Of a DNA stretch of 64,000 bases, positions 39,133 through 53,699 are shown one piece after another (positions within the stretch are counted from its first letter, which is position 1; each line of letters opens with the position of its first letter). Origin of the DNA: Eledone cirrhosa (Eukaryota); contig OZ024741.1 of NCBI GenBank assembly GCA_964016885.1, positions 207,576,001-207,640,000 of the forward strand, in the 5' to 3' direction. Position numbers and translations under genes: made by a program. The notes under the pieces were generated by a model that was not told where the DNA came from, ran no database searches, and saw only the letters and a list, made by a program, of their open reading frames with translations.

Positions 39133-40462
39133 TTGAATTAGTATGGTATAGACAAGTACATATGTTGTTTAGGTGTATGATATTGTCAATACTCTGATAT
39201 GCCCAGTTCCTTGTTGGGTTGTTAATTCACTGGGGAACTGGAGTCATATGAATTCAAACAAACGAATTTCAGTGTCACAGGTCCCCTTCTCCTCTCATTG
39301 GTCAGTTATTAGAACATTCCTAATTCTAAGTGTTGTTATTGTTGGAGTTAGCTTAAAAATTGATAAAATGGTAGAAGGGACAAGGTGTTAAAGGAACAAA
39401 ATAACAAAATAACAAAAAAAGTGTCAAACTTCCCATTGTTCAGTTCTGAGAGCATTCCTCAGTCAGAAGTCTATAGAATTCTTTCTGGGGTGAGGCTCCC
39501 TGTAGTGTTTTTGCCTGCTATTGTTCAGTACATTTGACCTCCACCATTATTTTGGTACTGTTGTTGTTGTAGTGGTCAGCTTATATCTTGCTGCTGCTAA
39601 CAATTTAGAAGTATCCAGTTTGTGTTTTTTTTTCCTTCATCCCTCCCGCCACCATCGTAGTGGTGGTGGTGGTGATGGGGGGGGGGGGGGTTCTTTCATG
39701 TATATGAAGAAATATATGGCAATAAATGAAGAAAACAGAAAATAAATAAATAATATATAAAGTAATTAATATAATTTGTGTAATTTGAAAATAAATAAGT
39801 AAAAAAATAGAGAATAAAGAATAAAGAGTAAATGAGAGATTGGTGAAAAAGTAATGATAATGTATATGGAGAGGTGAGAAATAATGTAGGATAAAGTGTG
39901 TGTGTGTGTGCTATAACCAATCTCAAGGTCAGAATATGTTGGATAGATTGGTATGAGACAAGATGTTAAGATGAGATATTCAATGTGTTTGTGCTATAAT
40001 CTATCTCAACTTAAAATAAATATAAGGTGATACAGTGAAGAGGGCAGAAAACAAAAAAAAACAAATTAATAAAGAGAAATCAAGATTTAAGATTGGAACT
40101 TGAAAGTCAGAAATCTGGTAAATTAAAAGTGTTTGTGTTATAGATGTTGGCCAAATTATTATGGCTGTGTCCGATTCTATCTCTAGGCTATCATGGTGTC
40201 TGCTCTGCCTGGGTTGTTCCCTGTGGCTTGAGGGGAGTTCACAACCTAGGGTGTTGTTATTGCCCATATAGCTAAATTTTAATCATTTGACTTTTATTTA
40301 ACTTTATTTTACACTACTCTGGAGTAACTAAACCAACCTGCGCACTTCGTCGAGTTCGGCATCCTGCATACTGAGGTGTTGGTATACAACCAACATAAAC
40401 TCAAAATCTATCTAGCTCCCACATGGGTTGAGCGCTTCAAACAGTAGCGGACCTAAGTCACT

Positions 40463-43149
40463 ATGGATAAACTGGCAACCTTAGCGTCACTGAAGGACAT
40501 CCCCCTACCTGATAAACGAGAATACACCAGTGATCTCATCAAGAGTACGGACTCCCTCATCCGTAGGATGAGATGGAAGGCGTTCCACTTCGAAAGAGGA
40601 ACGCAGAAAACTACCAACACAGAAAACATGGAGTACCTTTTTCGATCAAGGAGGAATCCCCCCCCCCCCACAACAGACTAATGGAGGAGTTTGAAAACGA
40701 GATGATTAACAACATATCCAACCTCAAATTCTCCGGAAACCCAACCAGAAGTCAGGAGTACCTCAGACACCTGAGAAACCGGATTACAGTACTTAAAGGG
40801 ACAACTGGAATACTTGTCCATGCTGACAAAACAAACAACCTCTACAACATGAACACTGAACTGTACAATAAGCTAATCCTCAGGGAACTGAGGAGGTGCT
40901 ACAAAAAAACACCTGGATTTACCCTGGATGAGATCAATGCTATATCTTACAGGATTATATCCAGAATCGGCATAGAGGACAGGACGGCCCCATACCAACC
41001 AAGGGAGCCGCGGATTATCCTTAAAGACCACAAGTCAAACTTTGAGTCCGACCTCCCTGTCAGACTAATAGCCCCCTCCAGATCTGACCTAGGGATCGTC
41101 AGTAAAAGAATACTGGATAGGATTTTTCCCAAGCTTCGGAAGAAAACCAAATTACAGCAATGGTCATGCACGAGAGAAGTAATAGAATGGTTCAAAATAC
41201 TGCATGAGAAAAGTAGGACCAGCTTTATACAACTGGACATCGCAAGCTACTACTCCTCAATCTCACCCATAGTACTTAATAAGGCCCTATTTTTAGCGAT
41301 GTCCAATACGGACCTAACCCGAGAGGAGGCGAGCATCTTCCACGCCGCAAGAAAGACCTTAATCCGCTTCGATGGAGACCTTTGGACCAGGAGTGATTGG
41401 CCAAATAACTTTGACATCACGATGGGCTCCAGCGACTCAGCGCAGGTAACGGACCTGGTTGGGCTCTACCTGCTGAAGCAGATAAAAGATGAAATCCCCT
41501 GCCTGGGCGGCGGATTATATCGTGACGATGCTCTATTCACAGTACATGACCACAGCACCAATATGTTGGAGGGTATGAGGAGGCGTATTCGCCATTTCTT
41601 TAAGAACCAGGGGCTCAGCATAGAAATAGACCCAAATAGGAAGGTAGTTAACTTCCTAGACACCACCCTAAACCTGAACACCGAGCAATACTACCCCTAC
41701 CACAAGCCCAACGAGAAACTCGTATATGTTAACGCCAAATCAAACCACCCTAGATCCATAACCAAGGCAGTGGTGAAGAGTGTCTCGGACAGGATCTCCA
41801 GCCTGTCCGCAATTAAGGAAATATTCAACAACCACGCGGAATATTACAACGCAGCTCTAAAGAAGGCGGCACATGGACAAAATATAACATATAGTCCGAA
41901 AAGCCGGGAGGTGGATAGCCCAACAGACACCCACAACCGCGTTGCCAGAGGGGGGAGGGCGAACCCTAACAATACAGGAAGAGGAGAATCAAATAGGCAC
42001 CCTGTACCAGACACCACCACACGGGCGGTGGGGACTAGTGCGCTTGACCACGAAATGGAGCACAATATGAGTAGCAGTCTCAGGCGTGACGCTAACTACC
42101 CCAGGACGGACAACCCCAACCGCAGAACACGTGGGGGGGGGGGGGGAAACGGGCGACCACCCCACGATGGATCTCCCGGGGTCGACAAAAACCACCCCAC
42201 AAATCCGGGCCGCGAAGATAACAAAAAGTATAGAGCCCAAAAGGGAAGCAACAGTGCGGAAACCACCAGCAACCCAACAAATCTCCAACAAATCACGAAG
42301 CCCCCAACCCACACATATAGGAGAAGACACCGACAAATCACGTGGTACAACCCACCCTACTCAGCGGCCCTAAAGAAAAGCTTGGCCCGATTATTCTTTG
42401 GAGCACTTGACAAATGCTTCCCGAGGGACCACAAATACCACAGGATCTTCAACAGACACACTGTGAAGCTTTCGTATTCCACCACGAGAAATTTGGCCCA
42501 ACACATAGCTAGCATCAACAGAAGTAGGCTTAAAAACCACACACAACCAGAAGATGGCAATACAAACACTCAGCAGAACCATGTGAAAGGAGGGAAGGGG
42601 GGACCCAGAGCCCACCCAAGAAACACAAACAGACCCAAGGACCCCCCACCGAGCATGGGGGAAGACCAACATGTAACACATAATGAGAACCCTAATATAG
42701 GCACGCAGAGGCAGACCACCCTCTGCAACTGCAGAAACCCCGAATCATGCCCCCTTGGTAATGAATGTCTCAAGAAGAACCTAGTGTACGGTTGTAGGGT
42801 TAAAACCCCCAACTCCGAACACCTCTACATAGGAGCCACATCAACGAGCTTTAAGGACCGCTGGTACAACCATCGCCATTCATTCAAGAAGGAGGCCAAA
42901 AGGAAAAGCACAGCTCTCTCCGACCTGATCTGGAAGCTTAAGCTGGACAGGACCCCATACTCTCTGGCCTGGTACATAATCAGGAAAGTACCACTCGATA
43001 AAGAGGGATCTTGCATATGCAAACTATGCCTGAACGAGACCCTCGAGATACTAAGAGGTGGAAGCGGCCTGATAAACCTCAGAACCGACTTCTTCGGGAC
43101 ATGCAGACACCTTAGAGCCGGGACCTTTCTCAAGATATATGGACAGTAG
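40463..43149 (+). CDS. PLE reverse transcriptase-GIY-YIG endonuclease (one frameshift in the C12 run at 40658-40669)
   Basis: ORF 40463 (SLKDIPLP..LIRRMRWKAFHF) joins ORF 40573-43149 (ADKTNNLY, KDHKSNF, LDIASYYSSI, MGSSDSAQVTDLVG, LYRDD, FLD, WYNPPY, CNCRNPESCPLGNEC, LVY..LYIG, RWYNH, CKLCLNE, CRH). Confidence 0.9.
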
Positions 43150-44360
43150 CAACACAAGAAGATGTCAACTCCCCTCAAGCTATAGGGACTTCTACAGAAC
43201 ATGAAAACACCTCTCGGCCAGACCTCCCTCAAGCTATATGGGTAATAACAACACCCTAGGTTGTGAACTCCCCTCAAGCCACAGGGAACAACCCAGGCAG
43301 AGCAGACACCATGATAGCCTAGAGATAGAATCGGACACAACCATAATAATTAGGCCAACATCTATAACACAAACACTTTTAATTTACCAGATTTCTGACT
43401 TTCAAGTTCCAATCTTAAATCTTGATTTCTCTTTATTAATTTGTTTTTTGTTTTCTGCCCTCTTCACTGTATCACCTTATATTTATTTTAAGTTGAGATA
43501 GATTATAGCACAAACACATTGAATATCTCATCTTAACATCTTGTCTCATACCAATCTATCCAACATATTCTGACCTTGAGATTGGTTATAGCACACACAC
43601 ACACACTTTATCCTACATTATTTCTCACCTCTCCATATACATTATCATTACTTTTTCACCAATCTCTCATTTACTCTTTATTCTTTATTCTCTATTTTTT
43701 TACTTATTTATTTTCAAATTACACAAATTATATTAATTACTTTATATATTATTTATTTATTTTCTGTTTTCTTCATTTATTGCCATATATTTCTTCATAT
43801 ACATGAAAGAACCCCCCCCACCACCACCACCACTACGATGGTGGCGGGAGGGATGAAGGAAAAAAAAACACAAACTGGATACTTCTAAATTGTTAGCAGC
43901 AGCAAGATATAAGCTGACCACTACAACAACAACAGTACCAAAATAACGATGGAGGTCAAATGTACTGAACAATAGCAGGCAAAAACACTACAGGGAGCCT
44001 CACCCCAGAAAGAATTCTATAGACTTCTGACTGAGGAATGCTCTCAGAACTGAACAATGGGAAGTTTGACACTTTTTTTGTTATTTTGTTATTTTGTTCC
44101 TTTAACACCTTGTCCCTTCTACCATTTTATCAATTTTTAAGCTAACTCCAACAATAACAACACTTAGAATGAGGAATGTTCTAATAACTGACCAATGAGA
44201 GGAGAAGGGGACCTGTGACACTGGAATTCGTTTGTTTGAATTCATATGACTCCAGTTCCCCAGTGAATTAACAACCCAACAAGGAACTGGGCATATCAGA
44301 GTATTGACAATATCATACACCTAAACAACATATGTACTTGTCTATACCATACTAATTCAA

Positions 44361-44415
44361 ACTGCCTGAAGAGGTCACAGCCAAAGATGGCTGTCACTGA
44401 AATATATATAGCAGT
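44361..44415 (+). ncRNA. Minimal type I hammerhead ribozyme in the 3' pseudo-LTR
   Basis: actgc-CTGAAGA-ggtcacagcc aaagat ggctgtcact-GAAA-tatata-TA-gcagt: perfect 5-bp stem I, 9 of 10 pairs in stem II, palindromic stem III; followed by AATAAA. Confidence 0.85.
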
Positions 44416-44557
44416 AATAAACGAAGCTAAATTTTAATCATTTGACTTTTATTTAACTTTATTTTACACTACTCCGGAGTAACTAAACCAACCTGCGCAC
44501 TTCGTCGAGTGCTCCAGCCTGCACACTGAGGTGTTGGTATACAACCAACATAAACTC

Positions 44558-44690
<133 letters not shown>

Positions 44691-45199
44691 GTGTGTGTAT
44701 TTAATAACTTACCTAATGAACGCGCACACATACACTCACAGAGACATACATATTCATATACAAAATGTGACATCGTGTTGTTTTCTATTGATTTAATCTA
44801 AATGAAAATAAAAATTAGCACACATACACTCACACACACTCTCACATACATATACTAAGACATACACATACAGACATACATTCATGCACACCTATTACTT
44901 GCCTGTCACCACATATGTATCTGTATGCGTAGATGTGTGTGTGTGTTTAATTCTCTGTGTGAGAAAATAATGTGTATGCTACTTACTAAAGCTATATGTA
45001 TGTGTAGATGTGTGATGTGTTAATCTGAGGCCTAACGTACGTAACGAACTCGCAAACAAACACACACTCACAGACACATACACATACACACTCATATGCA
45101 AAATGTGACGTCGTCATCGTGGTTTACTAGAGTTTACTATAGAAATATTATTTTAAATAAAATGTTATATTGTTTTAATCCAAATGAAAATAAAAATTA

Positions 45200-47206
45200 C
45201 AAAAGGACTAGAGAGATATACTCAACAGTACACCCCTAATCCCCCACGATTCTCTCTGAAAGACCATAAGGATGACTTCAATACTAACCTCTCAATTAGA
45301 CTTATTTGCCCATCCAGATCCGACATTCGTATTATTAGTAACATTTTTTTAGATAAAGTAATCCCCCAAATTAAGCAAAAAATCCATTTTAACCTCTGGG
45401 GAAACACTAGTGAAGTAATCGAATGGTTTAATGGTATTAATGAAAATAATAATAAGAAATTCAACCAATTCCATATAAACTCCTACTACACCTCTATTTC
45501 ACCTATCCTCCTAAATAAAGCATTAATAATAGCCATGAACAATAGTGAACTCACTAGATCCCAGGTAGATATAATCCTTGCGGCCAGGAAAACAATAATT
45601 AAATTTGAAGACCAACTATGGACCAGCAAGAATACACCCAACAACTTCGATATCACCATGGGATCTAGTGACTCGGCACAGGTAACCGACTTAGTTGGTC
45701 TATTTCTCTTAAACGAAATTCATAAGAACCTACCTTACCTTAACGGTGGTCTCTACGGAGACGACGCACTTTTCCTCTTGTTGTTCCTCTTGCTTTAAAA
45801 AATTCAATATAGAAAGAACTAGAAAACAACTACATAAAATATTTAAAAACTACAACTTAGGTATCACTTTAGATAAAAACACCAAAAATGTTAACTTCCT
45901 GGACGTCACTCTCTACTTAGACTCTAAAAAATATACACCTTATCATAAACCTAATGAAAAACTTTTGTATGTTAATACCAACTCTAACCACCCTAAATCT
46001 GTATTGACCTCAATCATTAAAGGGATATCTAATAGAATCTCTAGTCTTTCTTACAACGAGAATACATTTAATAGTAACTCCCAATACTATAATGAAGCCT
46101 TAGCCCGTTCCGGCCATAGAGATAAAATTAAATTTAAACCTAAATCGTCAACCACCCATAGACAACCTAATATAATTTCACACAACATGGCCATGAATAA
46201 AATTAAATATGATCATAGTATTGAAAATCCCGACTCCTACACCGAGGGCATCAAAAAAGTTAAACCACATCAGAGCAATAATCCTAAGAAAAACTACCGA
46301 AAGAAAAATATAAATAAGAAGGAACCTAACACCACACTAAACAGTAGTATGAATAATAACCATAAGAAGAATAGAAGAAGTAACACATTTTTTAATCCTC
46401 CGTTCAACTTAAATGTATCAACAAACATACCTAAAGCTTTCTTCTCTACTCTAAACAAAAACTTTCCATCTAACCATAAATACCACAACCTATTTAACAA
46501 AAATACAATTAAAATCTCCTACTCCACCACACCTAGCATAGCGGACCATATAGCCAGCACCAACAAGAGAAAGATTAAAAAGTACTTCAAATTACACCAA
46601 AGTAATAATGTCCAGCATAGAAATAACCTGAAAAATAACACAGTACAAGACCATACAGAAAATCACACTAATAATACCAATAATAATAATACTTACCATA
46701 ATCATAATACTAGAAGTAGAAACAGAAACAACCACTCAAATGCATACCCCCTTAACCAGTATACTAGTTACCAAAACAACTGTAATTGTAGACCTAACAA
46801 GACATGCCCATTAAATAAGAACTGCCTAATTAAAGACATTATCTACTCAGGTCCTGTAACCGCTAATCACATCTCGAAAGTATATATAGGCTCAACATCG
46901 AATAGCTTTAAGACCAGATATAATTCACACCTTAATTCGTTCAGAAACCCTAAACTTAGCATCGTAACCTCACTATCCACATACATACACTCATTAAAAT
47001 CAAGTAATATACCATACATCTTAAAATGGGAAGTGATAGCTAAGGCCCCTTCATATAGACCACCTAACAAATTTTGTAACCTTTGCATCCTTGAGTCTAG
47101 AAAAATCATTCACTCTAATCTTAGCCTGCTAAATAGGAAATCAGAGATCTTTTCCACGTGTCCACACTACCATAGATTCTCGTTCCACTACTTCAAGCCA
47201 AGTAAC

Positions 47207-47251
<45 letters not shown>

Positions 47252-47550
47252 TAAAGACCAATGTCGGAGATAACACTAGACCACCACCTTTTAACTTATC
47301 CAATTAGACCTTCATGAATATAGGACTGCACCTTAATTAAAAGACCACACTAACCTACATACAGTCAATAAACCCCTTGTTTGATCTCTTACCTTATACA
47401 ATTAAAATATTTAAATAATATAGACACTCTAATATACTCTCAATATACAACACCAACTAAATAGCAGACAACTCTGTATATAACACCAATTACTCCAGTT
47501 ATGCAACTCACTATCCTGTCATAAAAAACTTCAACACTCTACACAATCTG

Positions 47551-47642
<92 letters not shown>

Positions 47643-48600
47643 CGTATATATATATATATATATATACACATTCTCACACATATATATATATATACATTAT
47701 ATTATATATACATATACTATGTAAAAACTATCTAGTTATAATAAAATAGTTAAAAGAATGTTTTTAACTCCCTCCACACAAGTTTAAAAGATAATAATTA
47801 TATAACCAATAATATTTTATACACTCTATAAAGATTAATTTATAACACTACGACAATATTAAAACAACCCTTAATTTATCAACAACCTTAATTACCTCCT
47901 TTTGTTATTAACCCCCTTTACAACTTCATGTGTAAACTTATAAAATTAAGTAACCTAACGGTTTAACAACAGCTTAATAATGGTTAATAATGGTTAATAC
48001 AAACCCTAGAAGAGATAATTTGTTGATAAAAAAAATGCATAAGATAATATACCTAGAATAACAACATGGCCAGTAATTCGGTGGAATTTACATTTAACAA
48101 ACAAACACCTATTGACTATAAACAAGTCAAAATAATCCCATGCTTAATAGCCGTGAGTTACAAACAACATATACACATACATACGAACTTCAACACAAAC
48201 ACACTTAAATGAAAATCACATATCCAACTCTATCACGTGCTTTGCATTACACCTTACATAACAAATACGTACATTATCACCACATGCCTCTCTAACATTA
48301 TCCTAAACATCTATAACAATTATAACATGCTTTAACACCCCACACAACATATGTTTATTTCAACTGCATTATAACTCTTTCCTTATACATGCCTTATTGA
48401 CTGTATTGACTCCTGCATTGTACACCAATTTTCTTTGCTTATAACTTTTTTGCCTGTATTTTTTTGCTTGTGCTTTTTAATTATACCTCTTACACTTTCA
48501 ACCAGTGCTGCCTCTAATTGTGTTCTTTCAAGCTGAACATCTTTTTAACTCCTGACTCTCCACATGATGCCTATGACACTAACAACAATTATGACTAGGA
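45200..48600 (+). mobile_element. 5'-truncated Penelope-like element family C (Naiad-like)
   Basis: ORFs 45184-45798 and 45746-47209: LKDHKDDF..IRLICPSRSD, MGSSDSAQVTDLVG, LYGDD, FFNPPF, CNCRPNKTCPLNKNC, IIY..VYIG, FCNLCILE, CPH. One frameshift near 45790; the 3' boundary is approximate. Confidence 0.85.
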
Positions 48601-49380
48601 TTTTAGCAACATGTTTCGACATTCCTTACGCTGTGAAGGTCTTCAAAGATCAGTCGGAGATGGGTTATTGTCTGGCTGGCAGATTTAATTTAAATGTAAT
48701 GAAGAGACGTTAAAATTTCGATCGTGCGCGTTGTGAAATATGTATGACAATGTATGTTTGATATATGCATGTGTGTGCGTCAATGTAAGTGCGCTTAGTG
48801 GGAGACGTATGAGAGTATGTGTATGATGTATGTATGTGTATGTGTGAGTGTAAGGTTACGTAGCGAAAGGCATGTGCGAATATGTATATGATAAAAAGGG
48901 AAAAATAAGCGTATGATATATGTATGTGTATGTGTGAGTCTAAGTGTGTATGCTTCGTGAGGATGTAGATTTAATTTGAAAGAATGAATGAAACTGGGAT
49001 GTTGGAATAATGGCGTAATTTGTGTTGGATAATTTAAATCAGCCATTCAGGTGCACTTCTTTCCATTCGATTATTGATGCCAGGTTTCAGTTGCTTGATC
49101 AAGAGGGCTTCCTTAATTCTCAGCGTGCCTATACTGCATTCGGTTGCCAAGACTGTGGTGATTATGTTATTTTCCCGGTTTCTGCATTTGACGATGTGTT
49201 TGCGGAAGGAAGATGAGTGGGTGTTAACATGGTCTTTAATACAGATCACCCTAGCCAATTGCCCTATCCGAAACACTAATTGTTGTCTATGAACCTACGT
49301 GGTATACAGGCTAGAATGTAACAAGTGCAATCTATTCTACATAGACAGCACTATTCGACCGTTACATCTCCGTATTAAAC
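48600..49380 (-). mobile_element. PLE 3' fragment (GIY-YIG) with an internal inversion
   Basis: Minus strand IKDH..FRKHIVKC..LRIKEALLIKQLKPGINNR; plus strand about 49295-49380 VVYRLECNKCNLFYIDSTIRPLHLRIK. Confidence 0.7.
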
Positions 49381-49635
49381 TATTTGGTTTTGACTAAAGA
49401 AAATTATGGATTGCTTCCCTTCATAACTGAAATGTGCGTAGAATAAAACCCGCCATGATAGAGCATCGTTTCAAAGTCAATCCCTTCGAAGGCAGTACTT
49501 TTTTTCAAGACTGATACTTTATATATCGATCCCTTTTTGTTAAGCCGTTACTTTACATGACATAAACACCGACACAAACATAAACATACACACACGCACA
49601 TACGCAAACACACACACACACACACGTACACACAC

Positions 49636-49771
<136 letters not shown>

Positions 49772-49774
49772 GCT

Positions 49775-50000
49775 CGTTGTGGAGGCACGTGGTAAGGGTG
49801 TTGGACTTACGATCATGATGTCGTGAGTTCAATTCTTGGGTTGCGTGTTGTGTTCTTGAGCAAAACACATCATTTCACGTTGCTCCAGTATACTCAGCTG
49901 AGCTGAAAATGAGTACCAGCAATAGCTAGGGGTTTAAACCCTGTGATGGGCTGGCGTCCTGAAACCAGGATAAGCACCAGCCAAATGAGCCTTCTGGTTT
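49775..50000 (+). mobile_element. tRNA-derived SINE of a second family
   Basis: tRNA-like head (tggtaagggtgttggacttacgatc..gtgagttcaattc) followed by the body ttgagcaaaacac..ttcacgttgctccagt..aatgagtaccag. Confidence 0.6.
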
Positions 50001-50324
50001 AAGATAGATTTTAGGCTTTAGATGTACGCTTGCATGTCCCCGTTTGTGTTGACTTTTTTGTCAGTCTGTGTTTATTTCCTGTAACTTAGCGATTCCTCCC
50101 TAAAGAGATCAATAAAATGGGTTCCAAGCATAACATAGTACTCCGTAGGATATGTCCGAATCAATGCGGTTCCCCCCAGCATGGCTACAGTCTACTGACT
50201 GAAACAAGTAAAAGTAAGTGTCTTTCATTAGAAATATTGTAACAAAATAGTTATCAGGCTACTAGTGTCATTCATGAGAAATGTGGCGATCAAAAGGATA
50301 ACAAGCTAGCAGTGTCTTCTGGCG

Positions 50325-50532
50325 CAGGCATGTCTAACGTGCGGCCCCCGGACCGCATGCGCCCCTTTACATGCACACCTGCGGCCCGCACAAAGGCTTT
50401 TACAGCGTGAGCTGTTTTATATTCGTAATATAAAATAAACAAATTAGCTGTAATGAACACAATTAGTTGTCGTATGTGGCCTTCAGATAACATATATGTG
50501 ATCCATGTGGCACCCTCGGTTTGACATGCCTG
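50325..50532. mobile_element. hAT-like MITE next to a CRE-like 3' fragment
   Basis: TIRs caggcatgtc / gacatgcctg; flanks ttctggcg / ttctagca; 50540-50680 matches 7360-7500. Confidence 0.75.
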
Positions 50533-50759
50533 TTCTAGCACGTCTCCCTCACCATCCTCCGGGGAAACGCCTTCTCTATTCTGTCTGCCTGGGCCGCGGG
50601 GCGGCCAGTACGTGGGCCCCTATTTACTCATAATGGTAAGAGATAGGGAGAGCGAGAGACAGAGGCAGTGACAGTGGGAGTTTGGTTCCTTTGTGTTCGG
50701 ACCTGGTGTATATTTTCACAGACAGACACTCACACGGACAAAAAAAAAAAAATAATAAT

Positions 50760-50940
50760 AATTGTTTCTACTTTTGGCACAAGGCCAGCAAGTATCACAT
50801 TACATTACTGGTACTTTATTTTATCGACTCCGTAAAGATGAAAGGCAAAGTTAACCTCGGCGGGATTTGAACTCAAACCATAAAGGGCCATAACTCTTTG
50901 CTTGCAAAGCATGGCGTCCGACCCTCTACCGATACTGCCA
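50760..50940 (-). mobile_element. SINE copy
   Basis: Reverse complement of the recurring SINE core. Confidence 0.85.
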
Positions 50941-51109
50941 AAAATACCAACTTGATAAAAGGTTATGAAGCTACTATACCACTTCCAAGTGATGTTTACT
51001 TACTATAGCTCAATTATTTACATCTTATTAGGCCGACACCTTTATATTTAACTGTACTCCTCAGACATACCTTATTGACCTTATCATGTTAACCTTAACC
51101 ATTCCTTAA

Positions 51110-51460
51110 CCACCACTACAACTTCTACCGCCACTACCAATACTACATCCAACACCACTACCAACAAGAACCTCCGAACCACCACCACCACACCACCACC
51201 ACATCACCACACCATCACTACCATCACCACCACCACCACCACCACCGCCACTGCCACGGTCACCACCACCACCACGACCAACAACAACAACGTTATCATC
51301 AACATCACTATCACCACCGCTACTACCACTACATCCACTATCAATGCTACCACAACAACAACCATCACTATCTGCAGCTCTACCATCCCGGCTATAACCG
51401 CCATAGCCATAATCACCACCAACAACACCACCTGCATCCCATTCTCAACCCCATTACCAC
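51110..51460. repeat. Degenerate (CAC/CAA/CAT)n low-complexity tract
   Basis: Directly visible in the sequence. Confidence 0.9.
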
Positions 51461-51639
51461 ATAGAGTTGGGAATAAGACAGGATAGTCATGATTGGAACA
51501 TCTTTGACCAAAGGTCTGCTCTAAGTGATCGAAGTTGTGTAAGAATTAGCAGTTAAATATTTCTCAAACGACACATGCTACTATCTTTTAAAGAATGGCA
51601 TTAAACAACGTAGTTCTAAATGCATTATTACTGAATTAA

Positions 51640-51830
51640 AGGGCGGTGGATTGGCAGTATCGGTAGAGAGTCGGACGCCATGCTTTCCAGCATAGTTACG
51701 TCCCTTTACGATCTGAGTTCAAATCCCGCCGAGGTTGACTTTGCCTTTCATCCTTACGGGGTCGATAAAATAAAGTACCAGTAATGCACTGGGTAATTGC
51801 TGGCCTTGTGCCTAAAGTAGAAACAATTAT
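51640..51830 (+). mobile_element. SINE copy, near full length
   Basis: ggcggtggattggcagtatcggtagagagtcggac..gagttcaaatcccgccgagg..gtcgataaaataaagtaccagt..agaaacaattatt. Confidence 0.85.
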
Positions 51831-53699
51831 TACTGAATTAAAGATGGCAAGGCGATACTGAAACATTTATAAAACTAAAATACTCTCAAAAATATTTTTC
51901 TGTATTCAAGGGAAATAACTCAATAATTAAATCCCCTTATTATTTCCCTTTGATAACTACATTATTAATTTTGATGAGTAAATTTTTCAATGCAATAATA
52001 GAGACAGCGAACCAGTGTCGTAATCTGTCAGCTAAGATAACATTTCAAGTTATGTAGCTAAAACCCTCGTTTTAGTTCTCAGTCTTTCGCGATCTGTATG
52101 TTCAAGGAAAAGAAAGAATCCGATACTCAAATTGAACCTAAGAAAGTATATTTCTATCGGTTCAACTATTTTCATTGAAAATGGTGAATTTGCAGCACCG
52201 TTAGAGCATCGGAGAAAATTAAGTGAGGCATTTATTTATACACCATTATGCTATAAGTTCAAATCCAACACAAACAACAAAAGATAACATCAATCCTAGA
52301 AAAAATAACAACTAAACACAGACAAACAACGCCAACCTCACACCAGTCAATGTGTATTTAATGAGTTTGTTTTAAAGAAAATAATGAAAAACAGCTACAA
52401 AGGGAAAGGGATTCGAGAAGGCTTTCCCAAACTATTGAATCATTGGCATCTCGAAAAGGGAAAACATTTGTAAGGAATTTGTAGAAAGATTCCCAAATAA
52501 CGTTGGGGTCCTGGTGGGAACACTTAGCAATTCTCCACTTCTCGGGAGACAATTTCTGCTCTCCTTCGACAGGAGCAAGGTAAATGTTATTTCTCACTTC
52601 CAGCTTTCCAAACAACATGGAAAATATAAACACACGTGGCCTAGGATCATCTTGAAAGTAAAGTTGCTTGTTTAATGACTTCAGATCACTAGATATATAT
52701 GAGGTAACCAACAGCAAACCAGACTCCATGCGCACTCATACCTAACATACGCGACTCTTATACTGCCTGGATTAGGAGGCAGATTAGCAGCTTTGTTTCG
52801 GAAATGGCCTTCGATGGCTTTGTTTGTTTGGCCTTCGATGTATGGCGGATGTTCCTGGATACGGATGGTAAGTCGATGGATCTGGATGTGAACAGCGAAG
52901 GTGGTACATGCAGACTGGTGACTGTTAATACCCTGACAGAAGCATAGCGGTCGAATTTCGTCATATATCTAGAAACATTTTTAGAAATGCCCACACGTTA
53001 AGTCTAGTTGGAGACTAGAAGAGCAGCTTAGATTCTCATTTGGATTGTGCGGGGATATGCAAATTGGAAAGGAGGTTGCAAAACCTCATAAACCTACTCA
53101 GACTTTTCCAACTGACAGACGTCAACTGGATTGAAAGTGTCAATGTGGATATGAAGGAATCACATTTGACCACCCAGATCGTGACTAGAGATGGTATTTG
53201 TTAATTCACTAATCAGGTTTAGTGTTGGGTGTCCACATTTTCAACTCATTGACTACACATACCTCTAATTTGTAATCTTCACTGGTGACCTAAATCGAAT
53301 ACATAGACAAGAGCTGAGCTACCTGAAACTGAATGTGTGTTTCCCGGCACACAAAACCAGGTTGAAGTCCCAGGAAAGCGGTAGTTCACAGGGGTAATCG
53401 GCAACTACCGGTGATAGAAGATAATACACTAGGTGTGAGGGTTAGTGAGCAACTTAAAAAAGTGGATTAGGAAAACCGACGTTGGAAGCAAGATTGGTTC
53501 TCGACTGTTTCTTTACCACAAAACTCAAGAGCTGTGTTGTTAGGCCTAAGTCGCGTGCTCTAAACACAAAGGAAGGGAAACCATTCGATGGGTCCGTGTC
53601 ACAAAGGCGCGACGTGGCAACAAAACCTAGATTATATTTTCGACGGACCCAAATTGGCAAGACCACGTTGCTCAACTGTTTGGGGTGGATGGTTGACAT

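Noticed and set aside
39173-44320. Duplicated small ORFs (72-88 aa) on opposite strands
   Set aside because: They are a by-product of the inverted pseudo-LTR and show no protein motifs.
48603-48655. Hammerhead remnant on the minus strand (ctgatctttgaagac..gtcGAAAcatgTT)
   Set aside because: The core is interrupted and there is no stem I; at best a decayed ribozyme of the adjacent PLE fragment.
49775-49845. tRNA gene
   Set aside because: The cloverleaf is incomplete and continues into a SINE body.
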